A DNA stretch of 38,299 nt from Thermoanaerobaculia bacterium. GTDB lineage: Bacteria > Acidobacteriota > Thermoanaerobaculia > Multivoradales > JAHEKO01. Below are positions 16,706-24,887 of the stretch, piece by piece. Numbering within the stretch: position 1 is the first letter of the stretch; every line of letters starts with the position of its first letter. A model generated the notes under the pieces. The model was given only the letters and a program-made list of their open reading frames with translations. It ran no database searches and had not been told where the DNA came from. The stretch is from contig JBFJMD010000001.1 in NCBI GenBank assembly GCA_041634115.1, positions 1 through 38,299 on the forward strand, read 5' to 3'. The position numbers were made by a program, and so were the translations under genes.

Positions 16706-17740
16706 ATGCTGCGCCTTCCGCCCTTTCGCTTCCTCGCCCCGAGCCGCCTCGGCGAAGCCGCGCGCATCCTCGCCGGCGAGGGCCCGGCCGCCCGGCTGGT
16801 GGCGGGCGGCACCGACCTGTGGCCCAACATGAAGCGCCGGCACCAGAAGGCCGAGACGGTCGTCTCGCTCATGCGTATCCCGGAGCTGCGCGGCATCGAG
16901 GCGGGGAACGGCGCGGGCGGCCTGCGGCTGGGAGCGACCGCGCTGCTCGACGACGTGGCGCGCGATCCGCGCGTCCGCGAGCGCCTGCCGGTCCTGGCCC
17001 GCGCCGTCGCCTCGATCTCCTCGCCGCCGCTGCGCAACATGGCGACGATCGGCGGCAACGTCTGCGTGGACACCCGCTGCACGTACTACAACCAGACCGA
17101 GGACTGGCGGCGAGCGATCGACTACTGCCTCAAGGAAGAGGGGACCGTGTGCTGGGTGGCGCCGGGCTCGCCGAAGTGCTGGGCGCACTCGGCCTCGGAC
17201 TCGGCGCCGGTCCTCTGCGCGCTCGGAGCCGAGGCGACGCTGGTCTCCGCCGAGGGCGAGCGCCGGCTGCCGCTCGCCGACCTCTATCTCGACGACGGCA
17301 TCGACTACCTGGTCAAGCGCCCGGAGGAGATCCTGACCGAGATCCGGGTGCCGGCGGCGGCCGAGCGCCCGGGCTGCGCGAGCGCCTTCTGGAAGCTCCG
17401 GCGGCGGGGCTCGATCGACTTCGCGGTGCTCTCGGTCGCGGCGGCGCTGTGGCGCGACCCGGCGGGCGTGGTGACGGACGCGCGGGTCTTCCTCGGAGCG
17501 GTGGCCTCGCGGCCGGCGCCGGTCCCGGCCGCCGCCCGGCTCCTGGTGGGCGGCCGCGCCGACGCCGAGGCGCTCGCCGCCGTCGCGCGGGCGGCGCGCA
17601 AGGTCGCGACGCCGATGGACAACACCGACTTCCTCACCGCCTGGCGGGGGACGATGGTCGAGCGCTACACCGAGGCGGCGCTGCGCGAGGCGGCGGGGCT
17701 CGAGCCCGGTCGCCTGCCGCCGCTCCATCCGCTCTTCTAG
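16706..17740 (+). CDS. FAD-binding subunit of the Mo enzyme with a Cys-rich [4Fe-4S]-type insertion (HcrB-like)
   Basis: LVAGGTDLWPNMK, the FAD-binding PCMH pattern, and ATIGGNVCVDTRCTYYNQTEDWRRAIDYCLKEEGTVCWVAPGSPKCWA with Cys125/141/149/158. Confidence 0.85.
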   Translation: MLRLPPFRFLAPSRLGEAARILAGEGPAARLVAGGTDLWPNMKRRHQKAETVVSLMRIPELRGIEAGNGAGGLRLGATALLDDVARDPRVRERLPVLARAVASISSPPLRNMATIGGNVCVDTRCTYYNQTEDWRRAIDYCLKEEGTVCWVAPGSPKCWAHSASDSAPVLCALGAEATLVSAEGERRLPLADLYLDDGIDYLVKRPEEILTEIRVPAAAERPGCASAFWKLRRRGSIDFAVLSVAAALWRDPAGVVTDARVFLGAVASRPAPVPAAARLLVGGRADAEALAAVARAARKVATPMDNTDFLTAWRGTMVERYTEAALREAAGLEPGRLPPLHPLF

Positions 17741-17840
17741 AAGAGCACGGCGCGACTGTGGTCGCCTTCACAGACCGCGCGCGACGCGCGTGCTATACGT
17801 CGCACGGAACGTCCGAGAGAAAGAGAGAGAGGAGGACGCC

Positions 17841-18791
17841 GTGGACGCCAGCTACTCGACCGACCTCGCGGGCCTCGCGGTCCGACCCGAGATCTGTTTC
17901 GTCGACGCGAAGGGCAAGCACGACAAGACCGTCGCGAAGCACCGCCGCAAGCTGCTCCAGAAGATCGCGCCGTTTCTCGGCAAGGTCCTCGAGGAGGGCG
18001 AGGAGGTGCACTTCGTCACCGCGCTCTGCTCCCCCTACTCGCTGCTCGAGCTGCTGACGACGGGGTGGATGATCGCACACGTGCGCGCCGCGGTCCTGAT
18101 CGTGACCGACCGCCGGCTGCTGCACGTGCCGACGACCGGCTCGCGGCGTCCCAAGGGCTCGATCGCGGAGGTGCGCTTCGGCGACCTCGCGGGGGTGAAG
18201 GTCACGGGCTGGCTCACCGGCAAGCTGAAGCTGGAGTACCGGGGCGGCGGCAAGGAGACCTTCACCGGCATCCCGCTGTTCTCGATCAAGCAGCTGCGCA
18301 GTCTGCTCTCCGAGCGCGCCGGCCGCGGCCCGGCGCCGGCCCACAGCGGCCGCCGCTTCCTCTGCCCCGGCTGCCGCCGGGCGCTGCCCCGCGAGCCCGG
18401 CCGCTGCGGCGGCTGCGGGATGGAGTTTCGCAGCCGCAAGAAGGCCCTGCTCCGCTCCCTGCTGATCCCCGGCGGCGGCTACTTCTACACCGGCCACCCC
18501 TTCCTCGGCCTCGCCGACGCCGCCGTCGAGGTCTTCCTGCTGCTCTTCGCGCTGATGGGGACCGCCCTGGCGCTCGTCGGCGAGCCGGACATGGTGGAGG
18601 GGGCGCTGCTCTTCGGCGGCGCCTTCGCCCTCGAGAAGCTCGTCACCGTCTACCACGCGGGCCACTACGTGAAGGAGTTCCTGCCGGTCGACCGCAAGGC
18701 GGCGCTGGCGCCGTCGGGCCCGGCCGGCCCGGCCGCGCCGCCGGTCGCGGGCGGCGGGCTGGCGAGCGACGCTACCCCGGTCGCGCCGTGA
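17841..18791 (+). CDS. Hypothetical membrane protein: PH-like domain + CxxC..CxxC zinc ribbon + 2 TM helices
   Basis: GGAGGA at 17831-17836 precedes the GTG at 17841. Contains LEEGEEVHF...VLIVTDRRLLHV...LKLEYRGGGKETF (bacterial PH-like pattern), CPGCRRALPREPGRCGGCG, then hydrophobic helices. No family assignment. Confidence 0.55.
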   Translation: MDASYSTDLAGLAVRPEICFVDAKGKHDKTVAKHRRKLLQKIAPFLGKVLEEGEEVHFVTALCSPYSLLELLTTGWMIAHVRAAVLIVTDRRLLHVPTTGSRRPKGSIAEVRFGDLAGVKVTGWLTGKLKLEYRGGGKETFTGIPLFSIKQLRSLLSERAGRGPAPAHSGRRFLCPGCRRALPREPGRCGGCGMEFRSRKKALLRSLLIPGGGYFYTGHPFLGLADAAVEVFLLLFALMGTALALVGEPDMVEGALLFGGAFALEKLVTVYHAGHYVKEFLPVDRKAALAPSGPAGPAAPPVAGGGLASDATPVAP

Positions 18792-19440
18792 GCACGACTT
18801 CGCCGTTCTCGACCCGGATGTCGAGAATCTCGTAGCGCGGCACCGGAAGGGCGAGGCCTTCGCGAACTTTCTCGGACCCGCCGCCGAGGCGCTCCGCCAC
18901 GGTGTCGAGCTCCAACTCGACCAGGGAGAGCCGCACCCGCGCGTCGCGCGCGAAGACCACCTCTCCCGCCCGCGCCGAAGGCACCCCCGAGATCGCGATG
19001 TCGAGGTCGCGGTCTTCGAGGAACGGCAGGAAGCGGCGGATCTTGTCGACGACTTCGCGCTCGCTCTCCTCGAGGTCGTCGCTCCGGATCTGGGAGAGAT
19101 TGACGACCACCCCGAGCTCGACCCGCTCGCCCCGGATTCCGGCCTCGACCCGCTTGGACACCGCGAGCAGCCGGCGGCCGCGCGGGTGATCGGCGAGGCT
19201 CGCGAGCAGCAGGTCGGCCAGGTCCGACTCGCTGAGGCGGATCGGGCCCGCGGAGCGGGCGTCGCCGCGCAGGCGCCGGTCGATCCGCGAGCGGGCGGCG
19301 GCCACCGCCGCCTCGCCGGTGGGCTCGGCCGCCGCCTGCAGCTCGCGCTCGGCGCTGCGGCCGCGCAGGAGCACCAGGACGACGACCGCGGTCGCCGCGA
19401 TCAGGACCAGCGCCATGGCGAGGACCCCGAGCTTTTTCAC
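18772..19440 (-). CDS. Hypothetical N-terminally membrane-anchored protein
   Basis: GTG start preceded by a purine-rich GGGAAGGGGAAGGGAGAG. N-terminal KKLGVLAMALVLIAATAVVVLVLL anchor. Coding-like GC3. 20-bp convergent overlap with the previous gene. Confidence 0.55.
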   Translation of the reverse strand: MKKLGVLAMALVLIAATAVVVLVLLRGRSAERELQAAAEPTGEAAVAAARSRIDRRLRGDARSAGPIRLSESDLADLLLASLADHPRGRRLLAVSKRVEAGIRGERVELGVVVNLSQIRSDDLEESEREVVDKIRRFLPFLEDRDLDIAISGVPSARAGEVVFARDARVRLSLVELELDTVAERLGGGSEKVREGLALPVPRYEILDIRVENGEVVLTARPG

Positions 19441-19556
19441 CGGTCTCTCCCTTCCCCTTCCCTCGCCGGCCTGCCGCCGTCACGGGCGGCCGGCCGGAGA
19501 CGGCCGAGGATATCCGAATCGGGCCGGCCGCCGGGATCGCCGGCGGGCGAGCCGCT

Positions 19557-20459
19557 ATGATCGGCCGGTCGCCCATGACCGCCGGCCTCCGCATCCTCGT
19601 CGCCTGCCCGGGCTGCGCGCTCCAGTTCGACGCCACCGGCCTCTCCACCGGCGACCGCTTCCACTGCGCCTGCGGCGAGGCCGTCACCGTGCCGGGCGCG
19701 CGGCCGCACGACGCGGCCGTCGTGCGCTGCTCGTCCTGCGGCGCGCCCCGCCAGGGCAGCGCCCCGGCCTGCGGCTTCTGCGGCTCCGACTTCACCCTCC
19801 ACGAGCGCGACCTGCACACGCTCTGCCCCTCCTGCATGACGCGGATCAGCGACCGCGGCCGCTTCTGCCACTCCTGCGCCCTGCCGATCGCCCCGCAGGG
19901 CTCGGCCGGCGACCCGACCGACCGCGGCTGCCCGGCCTGCGGGCCGGAGGCCCGCCTCCGCGGCCGCCGCTTCGCGGAGGGCCCGGTCGGCCTGCTCGAG
20001 TGCTCGCGCTGCGCCGGCGTCTGGCTGGGGACCGAAGCCTTCCGGGCGCTCGAGCGCCGGGCGCTGCGCGAGGAGACCGATCTCGAGCGGGCCGCGGCGA
20101 GCAGCGTCGCGGCGGCCGGGGGCCCGGCCGCCGCCGGCGGCCCGCTCTACCGGCCCTGCGTCGTCTGCGGCAAGCTCATGCACCGGCGCAACTTCGGCCG
20201 CAAGAGCGGCGTCATCGTCGACACCTGCTCGGCGCACGGCGTCTGGTTCGACTTCGGCGAGCTCGAGCGCATCCTGGACTGGGTGCGGGCCGGCGGACTG
20301 CGCCGCGCCCGCCGCGCCGCCGAGGACGAGCTGCGCCAGCGGCGGCGGCTGGAGCGCCTCGAGCCGGTCGAGCCGATGGAGCCGCCCGGGCGCCGGGCCG
20401 GAGGGGGCCGCGCGCTCGCCGAGCTGCTCGGCTGGCTGGGCGAGGTCCTTACGCGCTAG
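19557..20459 (+). CDS. Multi-zinc-ribbon protein with two TFIIB-type zinc-ribbon (CPxCG...C..C.GVW) modules
   Basis: Five CxxC..CxxC units. CPACGPEARL...LLECSRCAGVWLGTEAF and CVVCGKLMHRRNF...VDTCSAHGVWFDFGELERIL resemble the 'transcription factor zinc-finger' (zf-TFIIB-like) family. The alternative ATG at 19575 is possible. Confidence 0.6.
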   Translation: MIGRSPMTAGLRILVACPGCALQFDATGLSTGDRFHCACGEAVTVPGARPHDAAVVRCSSCGAPRQGSAPACGFCGSDFTLHERDLHTLCPSCMTRISDRGRFCHSCALPIAPQGSAGDPTDRGCPACGPEARLRGRRFAEGPVGLLECSRCAGVWLGTEAFRALERRALREETDLERAAASSVAAAGGPAAAGGPLYRPCVVCGKLMHRRNFGRKSGVIVDTCSAHGVWFDFGELERILDWVRAGGLRRARRAAEDELRQRRRLERLEPVEPMEPPGRRAGGGRALAELLGWLGEVLTR

Positions 20460-20465
20460 ATCGGT

Positions 20466-21023
20466 TCAAGCGGTCGCCGTCTGGGCCTGCTTGTCCTTGG
20501 GGAGGGGGGCCAGCACCATGGTCATCCGGCGCGACTCCAGCCGGGTCCGGGTCTCGACCGTGGCGATGTCCGACACCAGCGCGGACAGCTCGTCGAGGAT
20601 CTCCTCGCCGAGCTCGGGCCGGCGCAGCTGGCGGTAGCGGAAGAAGATGGTCACCTTGACCTTCTTGCCCTTGGACAGGAAGTCGCGGACCTTGGCGGTC
20701 TTGCGCTCCTGGTCGTGGGTGTCGATGTTGGGGCGGTACTTGACTTCCTTGACCTCGATTTGCTGCGTCTTCTTGCGGGCCTCCCGGGCCTGCTTCTCTT
20801 TTTCGTAGCGCAGCTTTCCCCAGTCGAGGATCCGGACCACCGGGGGGTCGGCGTTGGGGCCGACTTCGACCAGGTCGAGGCCGGCTTCTTCGGCTTTCTG
20901 TCGCGCTTCTTCGATCGGCACGATGCCGATTTGGGTGCCGTTCTCGTCGATCAGCCGAACGGGGCTCTTGCGAATGCGGGAGTTGATGCGCGTTTGATCG
21001 GAGGGCTTCGGCGCGTGCCGCAT
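20466..21023 (-). CDS. infC: Translation initiation factor IF-3
   Basis: RINSRIRKSPVRLIDENGTQIGIVPIEEARQKAEEAGLDLVEV...PPVVRILDWGKLRYEKEK...IEVKEVKYRPNIDTHD...KVKVTIFFRYRQL. The ATG at 21023 is the conservative start; an in-frame ATA at 21035 has better SD spacing (see findings). Confidence 0.9.
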   Translation of the reverse strand: MRHAPKPSDQTRINSRIRKSPVRLIDENGTQIGIVPIEEARQKAEEAGLDLVEVGPNADPPVVRILDWGKLRYEKEKQAREARKKTQQIEVKEVKYRPNIDTHDQERKTAKVRDFLSKGKKVKVTIFFRYRQLRRPELGEEILDELSALVSDIATVETRTRLESRRMTMVLAPLPKDKQAQTATA

Positions 21024-21351
21024 GGGTCTGGCTATGTCGTGCTCCTTTCCTCAGGGGTCCCGATCGGGGCCGCCGGGGTCGCGGGGACCGTCCGGGCGAG
21101 ACGCTCCGTCTCGCTCGCGTCGGGCGGGTCGCGGCGCTCGAGGGCGGCCGGGACGCTCACGGGTTGTTCGGGGTCTCCGGGGCGCGCGCCGCGCGCGTGC
21201 GGTCGCTGAGACCGGCGCCGGAGAGTATCGGCCAACTGGCCCCGGGCTCGGCTCCGGGTCGGGCGATCGACGGCCGGAGAGCCGGGGGCCGAATTCCACT
21301 TCGTGGCTTCACCGCGAAAGCCTAACACAAGAGGCCGCGCCGAGCGTGCCG

Positions 21352-23241
21352 TCAAGTCGCCGGTCGCCGATCGTCCAGCGGCGCGATCAGCGGCGCCTCT
21401 TCGACGGTGGGCTGATAGAGGGCCACCGCCACCGACCCCGGGCCCAGGCGCTCCTCGAGCGCCGGCCCGATCTCGCCCGCGATCCACTCCGTCACCGTGA
21501 GCCGCGCGTCGATGAGCCGCCGCAGCTCCTCCGCCGCCGCCGCGGCGCGCGCGTGGCTCAGGCCGACGATCGTCGGCCGCTTCGGGCCCAGCCGCTCGAC
21601 GGCGAGCTCGAAGAGCCTGCCGAGCGCGGCCCGCCGGCCAAACGTCCGCGAGACCGTCACCACCTGACCGCCGGCGAGCGCGAGGATCGGCTTGGCGCCG
21701 AAGAGCCGGGCGCCGCGGGCGCGGAACCGCCCCACTCTCCGCCGGCGGGCGAGGAACTCCGTCCGGTCCGCGAGCATCAGGGCGCGCAGGCGCTCCGCCA
21801 TGCCGACGATCCGCCGGGTGATCTGCGGCGCGTCGCGGCCGCGGCGCGCCAGACGGGCGGCGAAGAGCGCCAGCAGGCCCAGGGCCAGTCCCGCCTGACC
21901 GGTGTCCAGGATCGTGAGCCGCGTGCGCTGCGCGCCGAACGCCTCCTCCTCGCTGGTGGCGAGGCGGTGGGCGGCGGTGCGGGCGTGGACCACGGCTCGC
22001 GAGAAGCGCTCCGACGGCAGCAGCGCCAGCACCGCGTGCTCGTCCAGGAGCGCCGCGAAGCGCTCGGCCCAGAGCCCGACGAGGTCCCCCTCCCTCTCCT
22101 CCGGCAGGGCCTCCCACACCCGGTAGAAGGGGCCCGGCTCGACTTCGGCGGCGTCGGGCGCCCGCTTCGCGGCGGCGGCCAGGGCGGCCGGAGGGGAGAC
22201 CAGCTCGATGCCGTGGCGGGCCGCGAGCCGGGGCGGCAGATCGGCGCCGGGGACGGTCACCACCAGCGGCCGCCGGGTCTCGCCGGCGCGCACCAGCGCC
22301 CCCCGCCGCTCGAGCGCCAGCACCTCGCGCACGATCTCGCCGTCGGGCAGCGGCGAGGCGTCGACGATCCGCTCGATCGCGCAGCCCTGCTGGGCGGCCT
22401 CGAGGATCTCGCGCTCGAGAGCGCCGAAGGACCGCTCGAAGAAGCCGGCGCCGAGCTCGACCCGGAAGCGGGTGCCGGCGGGAGGGGCCTCGCCCAGCGC
22501 GTCCTCGATCGCCGCCTCGACCAGGGAGTCGAGGTCGTCGTGCATCTCCCGCCGCGGCGCCGGGCCTTCGGTGAAAACCACCCGGACGGTCCCCCGGGTG
22601 CGGCGGGCGAGCCGGCAGAAAGCCTTGAGCCCGGTCGCCCGCCCGGCGCGGGCGGCGACGATCTCGCCGTCGCGCAGCTCGATCGCGCCGTCGGGGTGCT
22701 CGACCCGGGCGTCGGCGCCGTGCCGCGCGAGTTCGCGCAGCAGGTCGAAGATCGACCGCGCCCCGAGCTCGCCGGCGAGCGAGCCCGCCACCGAGTCGGG
22801 CACCAGGCCGAGGGCGACCGAGAGCAGCAGGCGCCGCAACCGCTTCGCCACCTCCGCCTCGCGCAGGCCGCCGACCGGCAGCAGCGCGGCGCCGCCTTCG
22901 CCGGCCTCGATCGGCCCGGAGCGCTCGCCCAGCAGCAGCCGCCGGCTCGCTCCGCGGAGCTCTCCGAGCTCGCGGAAAAGGGGCCCTCCCTCGGCCAGGT
23001 CGGCCGGCGCCACGACGACCGCGGGCGCCAGCGAGCCCGCCAGACGGGCGCCCTCGGCGCCGTCGGCCGCGGGCACCACCTCCCACCCGTCGGCGGAGAG
23101 GACGAGACCCAGGGTCCGGCGCCGCTCCCGATCGGGGTCGACCAGCAGCACGCAGGGCTGCGGTCCGCTCGGCCGCCGCGGGCCCGGCGACGCCCCGGAA
23201 GCCCTCCCCGCCGGCTCCCTGCGGGCGGGGCGCGGCGACAT
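21352..23241 (-). CDS. Degenerate REC - PATAN/DUF4388 - wHTH-like - DegV-like fusion protein
   Basis: ATG at 23241. VLLVDPDRERRRTLGLVL...VVVAPADL (receiver-like, conserved Lys missing). GSLAGELGARSIFDLLRELARHGADARVEHPDGAIELRDGEIVAARAGRATGLKAFCRL (DUF4388 pattern). The C-terminal half follows the DegV pattern: VVTVPGADLPPRLAARHGIELV, LTILDTGQAGLALGLLAL, LFGAKPILALAGGQVVTVSRTFGRRAAL, IGPALEERLGPGSVAVAL. Confidence 0.7.
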   Translation of the reverse strand: MSPRPARREPAGRASGASPGPRRPSGPQPCVLLVDPDRERRRTLGLVLSADGWEVVPAADGAEGARLAGSLAPAVVVAPADLAEGGPLFRELGELRGASRRLLLGERSGPIEAGEGGAALLPVGGLREAEVAKRLRRLLLSVALGLVPDSVAGSLAGELGARSIFDLLRELARHGADARVEHPDGAIELRDGEIVAARAGRATGLKAFCRLARRTRGTVRVVFTEGPAPRREMHDDLDSLVEAAIEDALGEAPPAGTRFRVELGAGFFERSFGALEREILEAAQQGCAIERIVDASPLPDGEIVREVLALERRGALVRAGETRRPLVVTVPGADLPPRLAARHGIELVSPPAALAAAAKRAPDAAEVEPGPFYRVWEALPEEREGDLVGLWAERFAALLDEHAVLALLPSERFSRAVVHARTAAHRLATSEEEAFGAQRTRLTILDTGQAGLALGLLALFAARLARRGRDAPQITRRIVGMAERLRALMLADRTEFLARRRRVGRFRARGARLFGAKPILALAGGQVVTVSRTFGRRAALGRLFELAVERLGPKRPTIVGLSHARAAAAAEELRRLIDARLTVTEWIAGEIGPALEERLGPGSVAVALYQPTVEEAPLIAPLDDRRPAT

Positions 23242-23264
23242 GGGCCGGTCTGCACGCGGCCGCC

Positions 23265-24785
23265 TCAGAGGGCGGCGGCCCCTCTCGGGTCGAGCAGACG
23301 CAAGAGGCCGAAGAGCGACTCCGGCGCCTCTTCGACGAGACGCCAGCGGCCGCGGCCCTCGATCAGGGAGCCGGCGGCGGCGCGGGTCTCCTCCGAAGGG
23401 GCCAGGATCACGCCGCCCGCGCGGCCCGCCTGCTCCAGCCGGGCGACGACGCCGGCGACCGACTCCCGCTCCTCCAGGCCGCTCAGCCAGACGATCACCG
23501 CGGCGCAGGCGGGCACGACCGCTTCGACCCGCTCGCGCACCGCGGCGCTCAACTGCTGGACGTGCAGCGCCACCGCCCCCGCCTCGGTCGAGAGGATGCC
23601 GGTGCCGCCCCGGCGCAGCTCGAGCTGCTCGGCCAGCTCGGCGAGGGCCTCGGGGCGCCACGAGGGCGGCGCCGCCGCGAGCAGCGCCCTCAGCCGCGGC
23701 CAGGCCCCCGGCTCGGCCACCAGCAGGAAGGGCAGCGGCGAGCGCTCGAGACCCCGCTCGCGAGCCGCCGAGAGCAGCTCCACCAGCGCCGTCTCGAGGA
23801 CCTCCGAGACGGCGATCTCGGTGGTGGACGGCAGGTCCTCGAGCCGCAGGGCGAGGTCGGCGACCTCCACCGCTCCCTGCTCCCGCAGCCAGGCTGCGGC
23901 GAGCCGCGTCTTCTGGGGCGCGGCCCACTGCTGCTCGACGAGATCGTAGAGGCGGGCGGCCGGATGTGCTTCGAGATGCTCGAGCATCTGCCGGATCGGC
24001 AGCTCGGCGAATTCACCCTCCGGGTCCGGCGGCCGCTTTCCCGTGAGCTGGAGAGGGGTGCCGGTGGCCGGCAGGAAGGCCCGACGCTGCTCGAGCTCGT
24101 CGTCGAGCCAGGCGGCCCGCAGCAGCGCCCGCCGCACCTTGAGCGCCGGCGGCGCCTGCTCGCGGTCCACGGGCTCGGCCTCGGCCACGAACCGGAAGCG
24201 CCCCCGCTTCAGCCCCAGCATCGCCAGCATCGCCTCTTCGCCGCGCAGGCTCTCCCATTCGGCGAAGGTCGGCAGCCCGGCCACCACGGCGAGCCGTCCG
24301 GTGCCGCGCCGGTCCCAGACCAGGAGGCGGCCGTCCTTGCCGGCGTGCTCGACGAACTGCAGCACCTCCCAGAGCGGGTGGGCGTCGAGCCGGCCCTCGA
24401 GCGCCACCGGCTCGACCGGGCTCTGGCCGCTCAGCCGCTGGGCCCGGAGCACCAGCTCCTCGAAGTCGACCGGGCGGACGATCAGCTCGTTCGCCCCCGC
24501 CCGCAGCACCTCGACGCGGCGCGTCCCGTCGAGCGGGTCCGAGACCGCGAGGATCGGGACGGCGCGCGTCGCCGGCTGGTCGCGCAGCGCCCGGATCACC
24601 TCGATGCCGGGCACCACCGGGAGGCTCAGGTCCACGACGACGAGGTCGAGCTGCCGCTGGCCGGCGGCGGCGAGCGCCTGGGCGCCGTCGTCCACGACCT
24701 CGGTCTCGAAGCCGGCGCCGTGCAGCCGGTCCTGGACCAGCGCCGCAAAGGCGGCGTCCGACTCTACGACGAGTGCGCGACTCAA
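23265..24785 (-). CDS. Response regulator receiver - PATAN/DUF4388 - wHTH-like - unassigned alpha/beta C-terminal domain
   Basis: TTG start. ALVVESD...DLVVVDLSLPVVPGIEVI...ILAVSD...LIVRPV (REC, with Lys to Arg at the conserved position). LEGRLDAHPLWEVLQFVEHAGKDGRLLVWDRRGTGRLAVVAGLPTFAEWESLRGEEAMLAML (DUF4388). The C-terminal ~155 aa have no assignment. Confidence 0.75.
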   Translation of the reverse strand: MSRALVVESDAAFAALVQDRLHGAGFETEVVDDGAQALAAAGQRQLDLVVVDLSLPVVPGIEVIRALRDQPATRAVPILAVSDPLDGTRRVEVLRAGANELIVRPVDFEELVLRAQRLSGQSPVEPVALEGRLDAHPLWEVLQFVEHAGKDGRLLVWDRRGTGRLAVVAGLPTFAEWESLRGEEAMLAMLGLKRGRFRFVAEAEPVDREQAPPALKVRRALLRAAWLDDELEQRRAFLPATGTPLQLTGKRPPDPEGEFAELPIRQMLEHLEAHPAARLYDLVEQQWAAPQKTRLAAAWLREQGAVEVADLALRLEDLPSTTEIAVSEVLETALVELLSAARERGLERSPLPFLLVAEPGAWPRLRALLAAAPPSWRPEALAELAEQLELRRGGTGILSTEAGAVALHVQQLSAAVRERVEAVVPACAAVIVWLSGLEERESVAGVVARLEQAGRAGGVILAPSEETRAAAGSLIEGRGRWRLVEEAPESLFGLLRLLDPRGAAAL

Positions 24786-24887
24786 GGGATCGGTCTCTCT
24801 TCCATTGTCGCCGGCCCGGGTCGGGCGGCCGTCTCAATATAGCCTATTCGCTATGATCCCGGCACTTGCGACCGAGGACGGCACCCG

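Noticed and set aside
21022-24046. Plus-strand ORFs of 975 and 612 aa across the REC-PATAN genes and the infC leader.
   Set aside because: They are Arg/Pro/Ser-rich low-complexity translations with no motifs. The minus-strand frames give recognisable REC, DUF4388 and DegV patterns.
24852-24857. TATGAT hexamer upstream of manA, and TATTAT (5873-5878) upstream of the rhomboid gene, considered as promoters.
   Set aside because: No acceptable -35 sits at 16-19 nt, and the distances to the starts (~30 nt) are not distinctive. They may be real -10 elements, but the support is too weak to list as features. The 5873-5878 patch is better explained as the minus-strand GATAAT of the CAP gene.
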